From the NCBI GenBank assembly GCA_963718515.1, contig OY970354.1, positions 566,808 to 630,807 of the forward strand: a stretch of 64,000 bases of DNA, given 5' to 3'. The notes below the pieces were generated by a model that was not told the DNA's origin, ran no database searches, and saw only the letters and a list, made by a program, of their open reading frames with translations. This DNA comes from an uncultured bacterium (lineage in GTDB: Bacteria > Patescibacteriota > Minisyncoccia > UBA6257 > 2-01-FULL-56-20). Shown in pieces: positions 1 through 8,920 of the stretch. Within the stretch, counting starts at the first letter, position 1, and each line of letters begins with the position of its first letter. Both the position numbers and the translations under genes were made by a program.

Positions 1-79
1 TCGCAATCTCCGCGAGGCCGAAAATGACCATGAGGACTGCAACGACCACGATGCCCGTGGGACGATTCTGATTTGTCAT
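1..79 (-). CDS. N-terminal end of a membrane protein continuing past the window start (partial)
   Basis: ATG at 79-77 on the minus strand, then MTNQNRPTGIVVVAVLMVIFGLAEIA (hydrophobic helix). Frame is open to base 1. Confidence 0.3.
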   Translation of the reverse strand, partial: MTNQNRPTGIVVVAVLMVIFGLAEIA

Positions 80-196
80 TGTGTTCTTATTCTACACCTT
101 CAACTATAGCACCCTGTTTTTACAGGACACTAGTTTATCCTAATGCCCGGAGTCCTAGCCAAGCCAGTACAACGCACCACCCTCCGCGAACTTTTT

Positions 197-418
197 TTAA
201 CGAAGATATCTGATTATTTGCAAACAACTAATGACAAGAAAGGAGGCTCCGATCAGAAAAATCAGTAGTGTTGCTATCCAAAACGTAATCGGGTTATCAC
301 GACGACGAAGTGGTATTCCAAATTTCTCTGAAAAAGCATTATCTTTGATGATGTGGGGAACGCTTGCAAGTAGTACTATCGCCAAAATAATTAGTACTGC
401 GATGGTTATAATTTGCAT
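197..418 (-). CDS. small two-helix membrane protein, unknown function
   Basis: 73-aa ORF with two hydrophobic helices separated by a basic loop (PLRRRDNP). Confidence 0.4.
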   Translation of the reverse strand: MQIITIAVLIILAIVLLASVPHIIKDNAFSEKFGIPLRRRDNPITFWIATLLIFLIGASFLVISCLQIIRYLR

Positions 419-449
419 ACAATATATAATTATTTTTCCTTCCTCGTAC

Positions 450-845
450 CTATACTTTCAAGTACACCACGCAGAGAAAGGCGCCAAACAGTGCATATTG
501 ACCAATAACATACGCTGTTTCCAGGAAAAAGAATCCTGGCTTTCGTGTGGTGGGATGTTGCGCCATTGAGGGAACTACAACCCTGCTCCAAAAGAAAATG
601 CCCATAATTGATGCAAAGATAAAGATGTTTGCAATTGATGCATGCTCAACTGGCAAGATCGCATACGTCACTGACAGAATGGTTCCCTGAATCACCATAG
701 CAATAAACGCGAGAGGAACGCTTCGGTCGGCGGGGAAATACTGCCAGTTGTCATACTGCTTCTTGAACACGGTCAAATGCCAGAAGTAGCCCAAGGGCAT
801 GGACGGGAGAATGTAGGCAAGCGCACCTAAGATAATTTTAATCAT
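450..845 (-). CDS. polytopic membrane protein, unknown function
   Basis: 131-aa ORF with 3-4 hydrophobic segments. No family recognised. Confidence 0.5.
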   Translation of the reverse strand: MIKIILGALAYILPSMPLGYFWHLTVFKKQYDNWQYFPADRSVPLAFIAMVIQGTILSVTYAILPVEHASIANIFIFASIMGIFFWSRVVVPSMAQHPTTRKPGFFFLETAYVIGQYALFGAFLCVVYLKV

Positions 846-1185
846 AATGTGTTTTAGTTGTATGTTAGTAATTGCTCAAACTCTAGCTTTCGACCCAGTC
901 AACCAGTCCGAAGTCTAGTCAAGTATCTTTACTAATATTAATCTACCTCGACAATAGATTGTGCTCAATATCACTGCGTGGCGGCCCGAACCGGAAGCTG
1001 CAATACCACAGGTACGCGCCTGTTTTGAAGCGCATAGCGACAAGCTCATCCATCTTGCTCCGTACACGATCAGCATCGAAAAAGGCCGGATGGCGTCGAT
1101 GGAGGCAATCGTTCCTGCTGTGCACGAAGAATGATTTCTCAACCCTAAGAATAGGCCCCCTTCAGCCATGCGCTGTCGCGGGGCC

Positions 1186-1644
1186 TTATCTCGTTATCGA
1201 TTCCGTCTTCCCAAGCTCCGCGTACGGCGCGGCGACGGTGATCTGCGTGGTGCTCGCGTTATAGACGATCGTGTAGTTGGTATCGTAGTTACTCGTAGAT
1301 AGATAGCCGCTGCTCGACGCTGACGGGTCGAAGGGCAGAGTCTGGAGATAATTGGGCACAAGACATGGTGCGATGTTGTAACTGCCCGACGCTGAAGACA
1401 TTGTTTTCGTGGTCGTCGGAAGCGATCCGGACGCGCAGGAAAAAACGCCGGTCGTCGTGTCCGCGATGTTGCCGCGCACCGCGTTCAGGATCCCTTCGAG
1501 GTCGAGGTTGCGCTCGGTGTTCCGTGCGGCGGCAAGTTGGCCGACAGGATTCAACGCCAACAAGCCGATACCGGCGGTGAGAACGACGAGCGCCGTAGCA
1601 ATCAATATTTCTATCAAAGACAAACCACGCCGTGACTTGAACAT
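1186..1644 (-). CDS. type IV pilin-like protein (prepilin-type N-terminal cleavage/methylation domain)
   Basis: MFKSRRG|LSLIEILIATALVVL: Gly-1, Glu+5 and a hydrophobic helix. Last gene of the pil operon. Confidence 0.8.
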   Translation of the reverse strand: MFKSRRGLSLIEILIATALVVLTAGIGLLALNPVGQLAAARNTERNLDLEGILNAVRGNIADTTTGVFSCASGSLPTTTKTMSSASGSYNIAPCLVPNYLQTLPFDPSASSSGYLSTSNYDTNYTIVYNASTTQITVAAPYAELGKTESITR

Positions 1645-1651
1645 TATTTAT

Positions 1652-3064
1652 CTATTGTATCTCATCCCATAGGATGATGGAATATTCGTTCGTGGACAAA
1701 GGAAAGCTTGGCGGCGGCCCATAAAGAAGGTTTGCGTCATAATTATAACTGCGGGACTGATAGCCGTTCGTCGTTGAATAATAGAACCCCGACTGCAAAT
1801 TGCTCGCGAGCATCCCGTCGGTCGTAAGGAGGGTACGCGCGGCATTCGTTCCACAGCCTGAATATGAATAGCGTTGGATCGCGCCGTTCACTGCGACGAG
1901 CGCCCCATCAATGGTGAGCGTGCTACTGCTCACGAGGCCAATGTTGATATTATTCTGCGAGATGAGCGCGAGCGTGTCACTGCCATTAAAGTTCGTATAG
2001 GTCAGATTGTTATTAACGGTAATGCTCGAATAGGTCGTTGGGTTTTCGGGAAAGCGCCCGGAAGCGATCGTCACCCGTTTATTATTGATCTTTCCTCGCA
2101 CCCATAGATTGTCCTGAAAGAACATATCCCCGTTCTGTGGGATCGTTCCGGTGGCCACGAGCGATTCCGCGCCCACGCTCCACGTCCCCCACCCCGTCTG
2201 GCCGGGGTTGTTGCATCCTCCCGGAGCCGCAGCAAGCGACGTCACTTTATAGACGCTGTAAATTCCGCTCGTCGCGAGGGCAAGATCATATCCATTAGCC
2301 GTTGAGCTCGGATAATAGGTTCCGCTCGCCTGTGCGAGCGCCTCAATGTCCGAAAGATTTTCCGTGAGCGAAGTGAAGTCGATCGCCGGAACACCGACCT
2401 CTCTTCCTGCCATAAAAATGGTCTGGTTCACCGGCATTGCCGTCGGCGGCGATGGATCGGCCGGCGGCCCATCAGTGAATACGCCCCATTCGACGGCTCC
2501 CGTATTTGGGTTGGTCGTCGTCGCAAGGGCGCTTTCGACCAAATTATGCGCGGTGCCGTCAAAATAGATGCCGTTATTTGACTGGATCGTGCCATAGACC
2601 TGCGCGCCGGTGCCGAATTCGACGAACGAGTTGAGCGCCCACGCATACTGCGCGAAGGATGGTATGGCCATCTCTACTTTAATGATCTTCGTGATGCTTG
2701 GATCGGCCACGATGTTACCCGTGCTTTCTATGAAGACGACCGTTGAACCGGGCGGCGGTGGCGTGATAGCGAGGGTAAATGTACCAATGAGATCTCCGCT
2801 CTCGTCGTAATAATTATGCACGTATGGACCGGCGTGCCCGGTGCCATCCTCAAAATCCTCCGGCGCATGGGCCAGATGCCAACGGTAATATTCAATCCCG
2901 GCTTCCGCGATGCTGAACGCGCGCAGTTCGTTCAGCGACCGGACGGAACTTTGCAGGAAGGATGACGCGAGGAAAATGAGCCCAGCAATAAAAGACACCG
3001 CAAGGGCGGCAAAAAAAACGATGGTGACTGCGATCTGCCCGGCGCGGCGCTGGCGTTTTGTCAT
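1652..3064 (-). CDS. large pilus-associated protein (PilX-like position), N-terminal anchor helix
   Basis: MTKRQRRAGQIAVTIVFFAALAV, then a 440-aa Gly/Thr/Asn-rich ectodomain. It sits 3-7 nt from the flanking pilin genes. Function is inferred from context. Confidence 0.55.
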   Translation of the reverse strand: MTKRQRRAGQIAVTIVFFAALAVSFIAGLIFLASSFLQSSVRSLNELRAFSIAEAGIEYYRWHLAHAPEDFEDGTGHAGPYVHNYYDESGDLIGTFTLAITPPPPGSTVVFIESTGNIVADPSITKIIKVEMAIPSFAQYAWALNSFVEFGTGAQVYGTIQSNNGIYFDGTAHNLVESALATTTNPNTGAVEWGVFTDGPPADPSPPTAMPVNQTIFMAGREVGVPAIDFTSLTENLSDIEALAQASGTYYPSSTANGYDLALATSGIYSVYKVTSLAAAPGGCNNPGQTGWGTWSVGAESLVATGTIPQNGDMFFQDNLWVRGKINNKRVTIASGRFPENPTTYSSITVNNNLTYTNFNGSDTLALISQNNINIGLVSSSTLTIDGALVAVNGAIQRYSYSGCGTNAARTLLTTDGMLASNLQSGFYYSTTNGYQSRSYNYDANLLYGPPPSFPLSTNEYSIILWDEIQ

Positions 3065-3067
3065 GGA

Positions 3068-3688
3068 TTACAAATTTCCGTTCAGGTTGCGTATGTTGAT
3101 CATTTGTGAAAAATATTCAGGCGTCGGCGAGCTGGACTGGTTGACCTCGGCATAGAAAGCAAACTGGATGAGCCGGATATTCGCGATGGTAAGCGGGTAG
3201 CTCATGGGTGATTGGGTACCCGTATAATTATAATCGTAAAAGGAGAAGAATGGCGTCGACGAGGTGAGCACCAGATCATTGATCTGCGTCGTGATGATCT
3301 CGGTGGACGTCACATACGCCAATGGATTTCCCGACGGGATAGTCACGCCTTCTTGTAGAGTGCTCGTTCCCAAAAAATATCGGACCCGTTCGAAAGTGCC
3401 ATTGTGATAGATATCGCTATAAAAGATGAACGAGCTTGTTCCTGCAGATTCGATGGGATATCCGCCCACGCTCGAAGGCCCTGCAGAGCGGATGGCGGAG
3501 GTCATAAGCTGTATCGTCTGCGTGATGTCCTGGTTCGATTGCAGGCGCTCCGTCGTGAAATTTTGGAGCGACGTGAGATTGCCGCTGAATGAGCTGATGA
3601 TAAAAATAAATGCGACACCGATAAGGCTCGCAATCAGAACCTCGATGAGTGAAAATCCCGCCCGCCCGTTTGGCGCTTGTTTATTCAT
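3068..3688 (-). CDS. minor pilin-like protein (prepilin-type N-terminal domain)
   Basis: MNKQAPNGRAG|FSLIEVLIASLIG: a canonical G/F-x-x-x-E prepilin signal. Confidence 0.8.
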   Translation of the reverse strand: MNKQAPNGRAGFSLIEVLIASLIGVAFIFIISSFSGNLTSLQNFTTERLQSNQDITQTIQLMTSAIRSAGPSSVGGYPIESAGTSSFIFYSDIYHNGTFERVRYFLGTSTLQEGVTIPSGNPLAYVTSTEIITTQINDLVLTSSTPFFSFYDYNYTGTQSPMSYPLTIANIRLIQFAFYAEVNQSSSPTPEYFSQMINIRNLNGNL

Positions 3689-3689
3689 A

Positions 3690-5456
3690 CTATTGATGCG
3701 TCATAAGTAACTGGGTCGACTGGCCACCGCCGGAGACACTGATGGATGACGTTGCCGTGATATAGTTGGGCGCGGTTGCTGTCAGAAGATATGAGCCGGA
3801 CGAAAGTCCTGAAAAGAGGACTTGTGCCGGCGGCACACATGGCGAAGAGAAGCCGATTGTGACGTCATTCACATACGGCGATGTGCTGGGATCCTGCGTG
3901 CTCAGGAATACTTCGTAGCGGAAGTAACGATCAACGTTCAAATTAATGATCGTGGATGATGCGGTATAGAACGTGTTACTTGTGCCGTCCGGCCCCACAA
4001 AATTCCATGTAGCATTATCATTATTTGCCGCAATCTGGAACTCTGCGCTTGTGGGACCCGTCGATACGGGTTCCGTGCCGGGATTCACCGTGAAGGAAAT
4101 ATAATTTGCCGTTGACGTGCCGAAATCGATCGTATTGGAAATCAGCCAGCTCGTCGTGGAAGTTGCATACGTTCCTGAGGCGTTCGCGAGGAGTTGGATC
4201 TCTCCGGGTGTTGAGGTGGTATCGATGCCGCCACTTTGTGATAAGTACGCGCCGTTATACCAATTGGTATCGGTCCACGTGCTTTGGCCCGCAACGAGCG
4301 TTCGTGAAAACGCACCGCCGCTCAGCGTAACGGTCGAGCTTGGCACTGCGGCACCTGACGCCGCATCTGCCATCGTGACGAGTAACGAATCCGGCACCTG
4401 CGGTGCAAGGACAAAATCAAATGACACCGTAGTGCTCGGATTGATCGTCAGCGGTGAGAATGGGATGGTTCCCATGAGCGCATATGAAGAAGAAGTGAGC
4501 GTGAGCGTATAGGTATCCCATTCCATCGCGGGGAATAGCGCGATCCCAGAACTGCTCGTCACCGAACTGGTCGAAAATTTAAGGACATTCGGACTGGTGC
4601 CTATCAATTTCGATCCGGAAATACTGAAACCGGTGCCGCCGATCGGCGCGCAGACGTTATTCGATGCGGATACGGTGAGCGCGCTCGTGCGGTCGATCGC
4701 AAAGCTCGCCGTGGAAAGTTCTTCCTGGGCGACCGTGATGTTCGGCTGTACGGGATTTGGGTTTGATGATGCATTCGCCGGATAGGTCTGCGCCGAGGAA
4801 TATCCCGTTTTTGAAATAAATATCTGGTATCCCTGCGTGCTCGTAGGAACCCCAACCAGCTGGAGCGTACCGCTATCATTCGTAGTATCGGTAAGGTCTA
4901 TCGCCGGCGTGATATTTGGATTTATGACGGTCACGTTCGCATCGGGGACGCCGTTGCCATTTGAATCAAAGACATTCACAAAGAGCGATCCTTGGCCAAG
5001 ATTACTTTGAAGACCCGGTGGTGCGAACGTGGTCGTAATGGAAAGTGGATTAAAATTTTGACACGTGGGGCAACCGATGGTGAGTTGCACCGTTTTATAG
5101 TCAACCGTGCCGGTCGGTTCGCCAAATCCTTGGCTTGCCGGATCTTCAATATTGAGAATGGCGGTCGAGAGTGTAAAGGTATAATTTCCATATTGTACCG
5201 TCTGTTGCGCCGGGATGACGCCGGACGGAATGCCGCCCACCGTGCCGATGCTCGCGTACGGAATGTTGCGCATTGTTTCTATTTGTTGGTTCAGAACGGC
5301 GGTTGCGGAATTACGCGCTTGGACATTTTCGATCGCGTTAAAAAGCGAGAAATATACTAAATAGATGGCACCGAAGAGAAATCCGACGATGCCGATGCTG
5401 ACGATCACGTCGATAAAACTCGCTCCCCTTCTTCTCCGATCGCTCGAAAAACTCAT
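3690..5456 (-). CDS. giant pilin-like protein (588 aa) with beta-sandwich (carboxypeptidase-regulatory-like) modules
   Basis: MSFSSDRRRRG|ASFIDVIVSIGIVGFLF is a prepilin-like leader with Asp at +5. An internal NVFDSNGNGVPDANVTV...DSGTLQL...GYQIFISKTGY module is present. There is a 4-nt ATGA overlap with pilC. Confidence 0.7.
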   Translation of the reverse strand: MSFSSDRRRRGASFIDVIVSIGIVGFLFGAIYLVYFSLFNAIENVQARNSATAVLNQQIETMRNIPYASIGTVGGIPSGVIPAQQTVQYGNYTFTLSTAILNIEDPASQGFGEPTGTVDYKTVQLTIGCPTCQNFNPLSITTTFAPPGLQSNLGQGSLFVNVFDSNGNGVPDANVTVINPNITPAIDLTDTTNDSGTLQLVGVPTSTQGYQIFISKTGYSSAQTYPANASSNPNPVQPNITVAQEELSTASFAIDRTSALTVSASNNVCAPIGGTGFSISGSKLIGTSPNVLKFSTSSVTSSSGIALFPAMEWDTYTLTLTSSSYALMGTIPFSPLTINPSTTVSFDFVLAPQVPDSLLVTMADAASGAAVPSSTVTLSGGAFSRTLVAGQSTWTDTNWYNGAYLSQSGGIDTTSTPGEIQLLANASGTYATSTTSWLISNTIDFGTSTANYISFTVNPGTEPVSTGPTSAEFQIAANNDNATWNFVGPDGTSNTFYTASSTIINLNVDRYFRYEVFLSTQDPSTSPYVNDVTIGFSSPCVPPAQVLFSGLSSGSYLLTATAPNYITATSSISVSGGGQSTQLLMTHQ

Positions 5457-6595
5457 TGTGAGACGTTCGCGGAGATGGTGTAGATCGGCGTGATGATAGA
5501 GATCGCGACGAAGCCGACAATAAGCCCCATAAACAACAACATGACCGGTTCGATGATCGTCGTCATGGCGTCCAATCCATAAGCGACCTCTTCTTCATAA
5601 TATTCACCAACATAGCTAAGGTTCTCATTAAGGTTGCCGGTGGCTTCCCCGATCTGGATCATTCCGGTCACAAACGGCGGGAAGAGTTTGGGACGTCTCT
5701 CAAGGAATGAAGCAAGCGCGCCGCCACGGCCGATTTCCGTGCTTGCCGACTCGACAAAACGGCGATATACCAAGTTGTCGAACGTCCGGCTCGTGATCGT
5801 GAGCGCTTCGGCTATTTTTACACCGCTTTTTAATAAAAGCGAAAAAATGCGCGAAAAATTCACCATATTGAGGCTTATGGAAAGTTTTGAAAGCGCCGGA
5901 GTGATGAGGATGACACTATGCATTGCATAACGGAACGGCCTCACGTGGTGAAGGACATAACGGAAAATAAGGATGAGGGCAATAATGATCACGATGCAGG
6001 TGATGCCGTACGCCTGAAAAAAATTGATCGCCGTAATGAGAAGCATCGTCGATTCCGGCAACTTTGCCCCGGACTCGGACAGTGCCGGAAGTAATTTGGG
6101 GAACACAAAAAATGCGAGGAATGCGGTGACGCCGAGCGTTGCCACCAGGATGATCGTCGGATAGACCATCGCCGATTTTATTTTACGCTTTAAATTCCTC
6201 CGCTTCTTGATCTCATCGGAAAGATAAAGCAAATTTTGCGCAAACGTACCGCTCGCCTCTCCCACCCGGACGATGCTGATAAAAAAATCCCCGAACACGC
6301 TGTTGTAATGTTCCAGACCGTCGGCAAAAGACATACCGTTCGAAACATCCCGAGCCAACTGGTCGGTGATCTTTACGACGTTCGGCGATTGGGATTGTTT
6401 TTTAAGGATGATCAGGCCGTCGTACAGCGGGATACCTGCCTTGATGATGATCGCAAGGTGACGCGCGAAGTCCACTTTTTCCTGGTCCGAGACGCCGCCG
6501 CTAAAAAAACCGAGCTTTGATGACTTTGGTATTCCTCCGGAAGTGGGAGGTGGTGCGGTGGGTTTGGGAGGTGTGGGGATGGGAACGTTATTCAT
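5453..6595 (-). CDS. pilC: type IV pilus assembly platform protein PilC / GspF family
   Basis: Two GspF-type repeats and 3 TM segments. I chose the start MNNVP at 6595 (8-nt ATGAATAA overlap with the pilB stop). The ORF track offers 6619. Confidence 0.9.
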   Translation of the reverse strand: MNNVPIPTPPKPTAPPPTSGGIPKSSKLGFFSGGVSDQEKVDFARHLAIIIKAGIPLYDGLIILKKQSQSPNVVKITDQLARDVSNGMSFADGLEHYNSVFGDFFISIVRVGEASGTFAQNLLYLSDEIKKRRNLKRKIKSAMVYPTIILVATLGVTAFLAFFVFPKLLPALSESGAKLPESTMLLITAINFFQAYGITCIVIIIALILIFRYVLHHVRPFRYAMHSVILITPALSKLSISLNMVNFSRIFSLLLKSGVKIAEALTITSRTFDNLVYRRFVESASTEIGRGGALASFLERRPKLFPPFVTGMIQIGEATGNLNENLSYVGEYYEEEVAYGLDAMTTIIEPVMLLFMGLIVGFVAISIITPIYTISANVSQ

Positions 6596-7859
6596 GGATG
6601 ATACGAAGTATCTCGCCAATGGTCGTGAGGCCTTCGGAAGCTTTCGCGATCCCGTCGCCGAACATGGTCACCATCCCCGCGCGCACAGCGGCAGCTTTGA
6701 TATCCTGAGCGCTTGCACGGGCGACGATAAGCTGGCGGATCTTTTCATCCACTTCAAGAACTTCGCGAATGCCCATGCGTCCTACGAATCCGGAATTGTC
6801 GCACTGCGGGCAACCGACCGAAGAATAAAATGTTTTTTCTTTGAGTGCCTGGACGTGCTCGAGGGCAGAAGCAAAAGGATTTTCACCTTCCGAAAAGGAT
6901 TCGGACAAGCTCGTAAGCTCTGCGGGCGTGAGCGCCGCCGGTATCTTGCACGCGGGGCAGAGTTTTCGGACAAGGCGCTGGCCCATTGCGATGTTTACGG
7001 TGGATGTCACAAGAAATGGCGGTACGCCCATGTCGATGAGCCGCGGGAATGTGGTAGCGGCGTCGTTTGTGTGAAGCGTCGAGAGCACAAGATGTCCGGT
7101 GAGCGCCGCGTTCACGGCGATGTTCGCCGTTTCCTCGTCGCGGATCTCGCCGACCATGATGATATTCGGATCTTGCCGGAGGATGGAACGTAATCCATTC
7201 GCAAAGGTGAGTCCGGTCTGCACGTCCGTCTGGATCTGCGTTGTGCCCGTGAGCGAGTATTCGATCGGATCCTCGATTGTGATGACGGAAATGTCCGGCT
7301 TGTTCAATTCTTTGAGGATGGTATAGAGCGTCGTCGTCTTTCCGGAACCGGTCGGGCCGTTCGCGAGGATCATGCCGTAGGGTTTGTGGATGGCCTTCTC
7401 CACCCTTTCCAGATCTTTCGGCCAGAATCCAAGGTCGCTCAAAGAAAAGGTATCGTTCGCGACGAGGACCCGCATAATCGAGTTCTCGCCGTGATACGTG
7501 GGCACGATGGAAACGCGCACGTCAAGCTCGCCTATCTCTGCAAGGCGCACGCGGAACCGCCCGTCCTGGGGCAAAAAGTGCGCGTCAGTGCGCAGACCCG
7601 ACATGACCTTGATGCGACTGATCACTTCATGGTGGAGCGCAAGAGAAATCGCTTTTTCATCGATCACATCGCGGAGAATGCCGTCGATTCTAAAACGGAG
7701 GCGGCAACCCTCTTCGCTCGGTTCAAGATGCACGTCGGATGCCTTCATCGTATACGCATATTCGATGATGATATTGACAAAATCGATGACGGAGAGCGAT
7801 TCGATCGGCTTCGCCAACATCTCATCCATGAGAGATTTTAAGGATTCGGCGCTACGCAT
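6588..7859 (-). CDS. pilB: type IV pilus assembly ATPase PilB / GspE family (short form, no N-terminal GSPII domain)
   Basis: Walker A GPTGSGKTTTLY, Walker B IIMVGEIRD, His box GHLVLSTLHTN, and tetra-Cys CPAC...CPQC. Confidence 0.9.
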   Translation of the reverse strand: MRSAESLKSLMDEMLAKPIESLSVIDFVNIIIEYAYTMKASDVHLEPSEEGCRLRFRIDGILRDVIDEKAISLALHHEVISRIKVMSGLRTDAHFLPQDGRFRVRLAEIGELDVRVSIVPTYHGENSIMRVLVANDTFSLSDLGFWPKDLERVEKAIHKPYGMILANGPTGSGKTTTLYTILKELNKPDISVITIEDPIEYSLTGTTQIQTDVQTGLTFANGLRSILRQDPNIIMVGEIRDEETANIAVNAALTGHLVLSTLHTNDAATTFPRLIDMGVPPFLVTSTVNIAMGQRLVRKLCPACKIPAALTPAELTSLSESFSEGENPFASALEHVQALKEKTFYSSVGCPQCDNSGFVGRMGIREVLEVDEKIRQLIVARASAQDIKAAAVRAGMVTMFGDGIAKASEGLTTIGEILRIIHE

Positions 7860-7876
7860 ATGTTTGATTATAGCAT

Positions 7877-8905
7877 ATGATAATGAGGGATATGGATAAC
7901 GATAACGATCCTGTTTTTAGCGAGATAGAAAATGAACCGACGCCGTATGGCCTTGGCGATGGTTCGCCGTCGCCCAGAAAAAGAGGAACGGAAAATGATG
8001 CCGTGGCGCTCAAAAAAAGGAATATAGCGATCTTTGCCAGCGCCGGAGCTGTCCTTATTATTTCTATTGCGGTCGGAATTTTCATCACCCATGACAAACC
8101 TGCTCCGCGGATAGCCTCCACGCCGCCGGGCGTCGCTTCCCCTACCTCAACACAAGCTCCGGCCGCGAACCCCACATCCTCGCTTCCCTCTATTACTATT
8201 AGTGGAGAAAAAACAAATGCTGGTTATGAGCTTTTTATACAATGGAGCGATCTCCCGAACGGCACGGTTAAGATAAATATTTATCATTCTGCAACAAAAA
8301 ACGGGCCGTACACTTTTGTCGGCAGTATTATCATCAATTCGGCTTCCGGCAATGGCAGTGGATCGCTCGACCTCCCCTCGGGAGATGCGGGCGGATATTA
8401 TTACGGTGTCGCGTCGGGCGATGGCGGATCTCCGCTCTGGACCTCTTCATCGACCCCTCCATCAACGGGTTCGGGTGACAACGGCGGCGGGAATTCCCCA
8501 CCAGAAAATAATGGCGGGAATAATAGCAGTAGCAGTAATAGTGGAAATGGTTCAGGCGATACCGGCAACGGTAACGGGGGTGGCGCCGGCGGGAGTGGTG
8601 GTGGCAACAGCACGTCCACAGGGCCGGCGGAAAATTTTCTTGTGGAGCATGACGATCAAAAGATCCAGATCAGTTGGCAATCTCTTCCGGCCAATACATA
8701 TGAGATCGTGGTCGCTCGCTCGGCATCGGATACCGACCCGTGGACACCCGTCCTTACCGAGACGAACATCTCAACCGACGGGCCATACTCCATTCAAATC
8801 GTGGATGATACCCTCGGTGATCCGTATTATTATGAAATGGATGCAGAAGACGTAAGCGGTAATATCATCACCACGTACGGTCCGACACTGCTTGAACCGC
8901 TCTAA
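7877..8905 (+). CDS. membrane-anchored protein with two FN3-like modules flanking a Gly/Asn/Ser low-complexity spacer
   Basis: TM helix IAIFASAGAVLIISIAVGIFI. A G/N/S-rich run lies at about residues 195-240. The true start may be ATG 7883. Confidence 0.6.
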   Translation: MIMRDMDNDNDPVFSEIENEPTPYGLGDGSPSPRKRGTENDAVALKKRNIAIFASAGAVLIISIAVGIFITHDKPAPRIASTPPGVASPTSTQAPAANPTSSLPSITISGEKTNAGYELFIQWSDLPNGTVKINIYHSATKNGPYTFVGSIIINSASGNGSGSLDLPSGDAGGYYYGVASGDGGSPLWTSSSTPPSTGSGDNGGGNSPPENNGGNNSSSSNSGNGSGDTGNGNGGGAGGSGGGNSTSTGPAENFLVEHDDQKIQISWQSLPANTYEIVVARSASDTDPWTPVLTETNISTDGPYSIQIVDDTLGDPYYYEMDAEDVSGNIITTYGPTLLEPL

Positions 8906-8920
8906 ATGCGGCTCTATGAT

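Noticed and set aside
8400-8640. Gly/Asn/Ser-coding repetitive DNA considered as a tandem repeat or CRISPR-like array.
   Set aside because: It is an imperfect codon-level low-complexity tract inside a continuous ORF, with no repeat-spacer periodicity.
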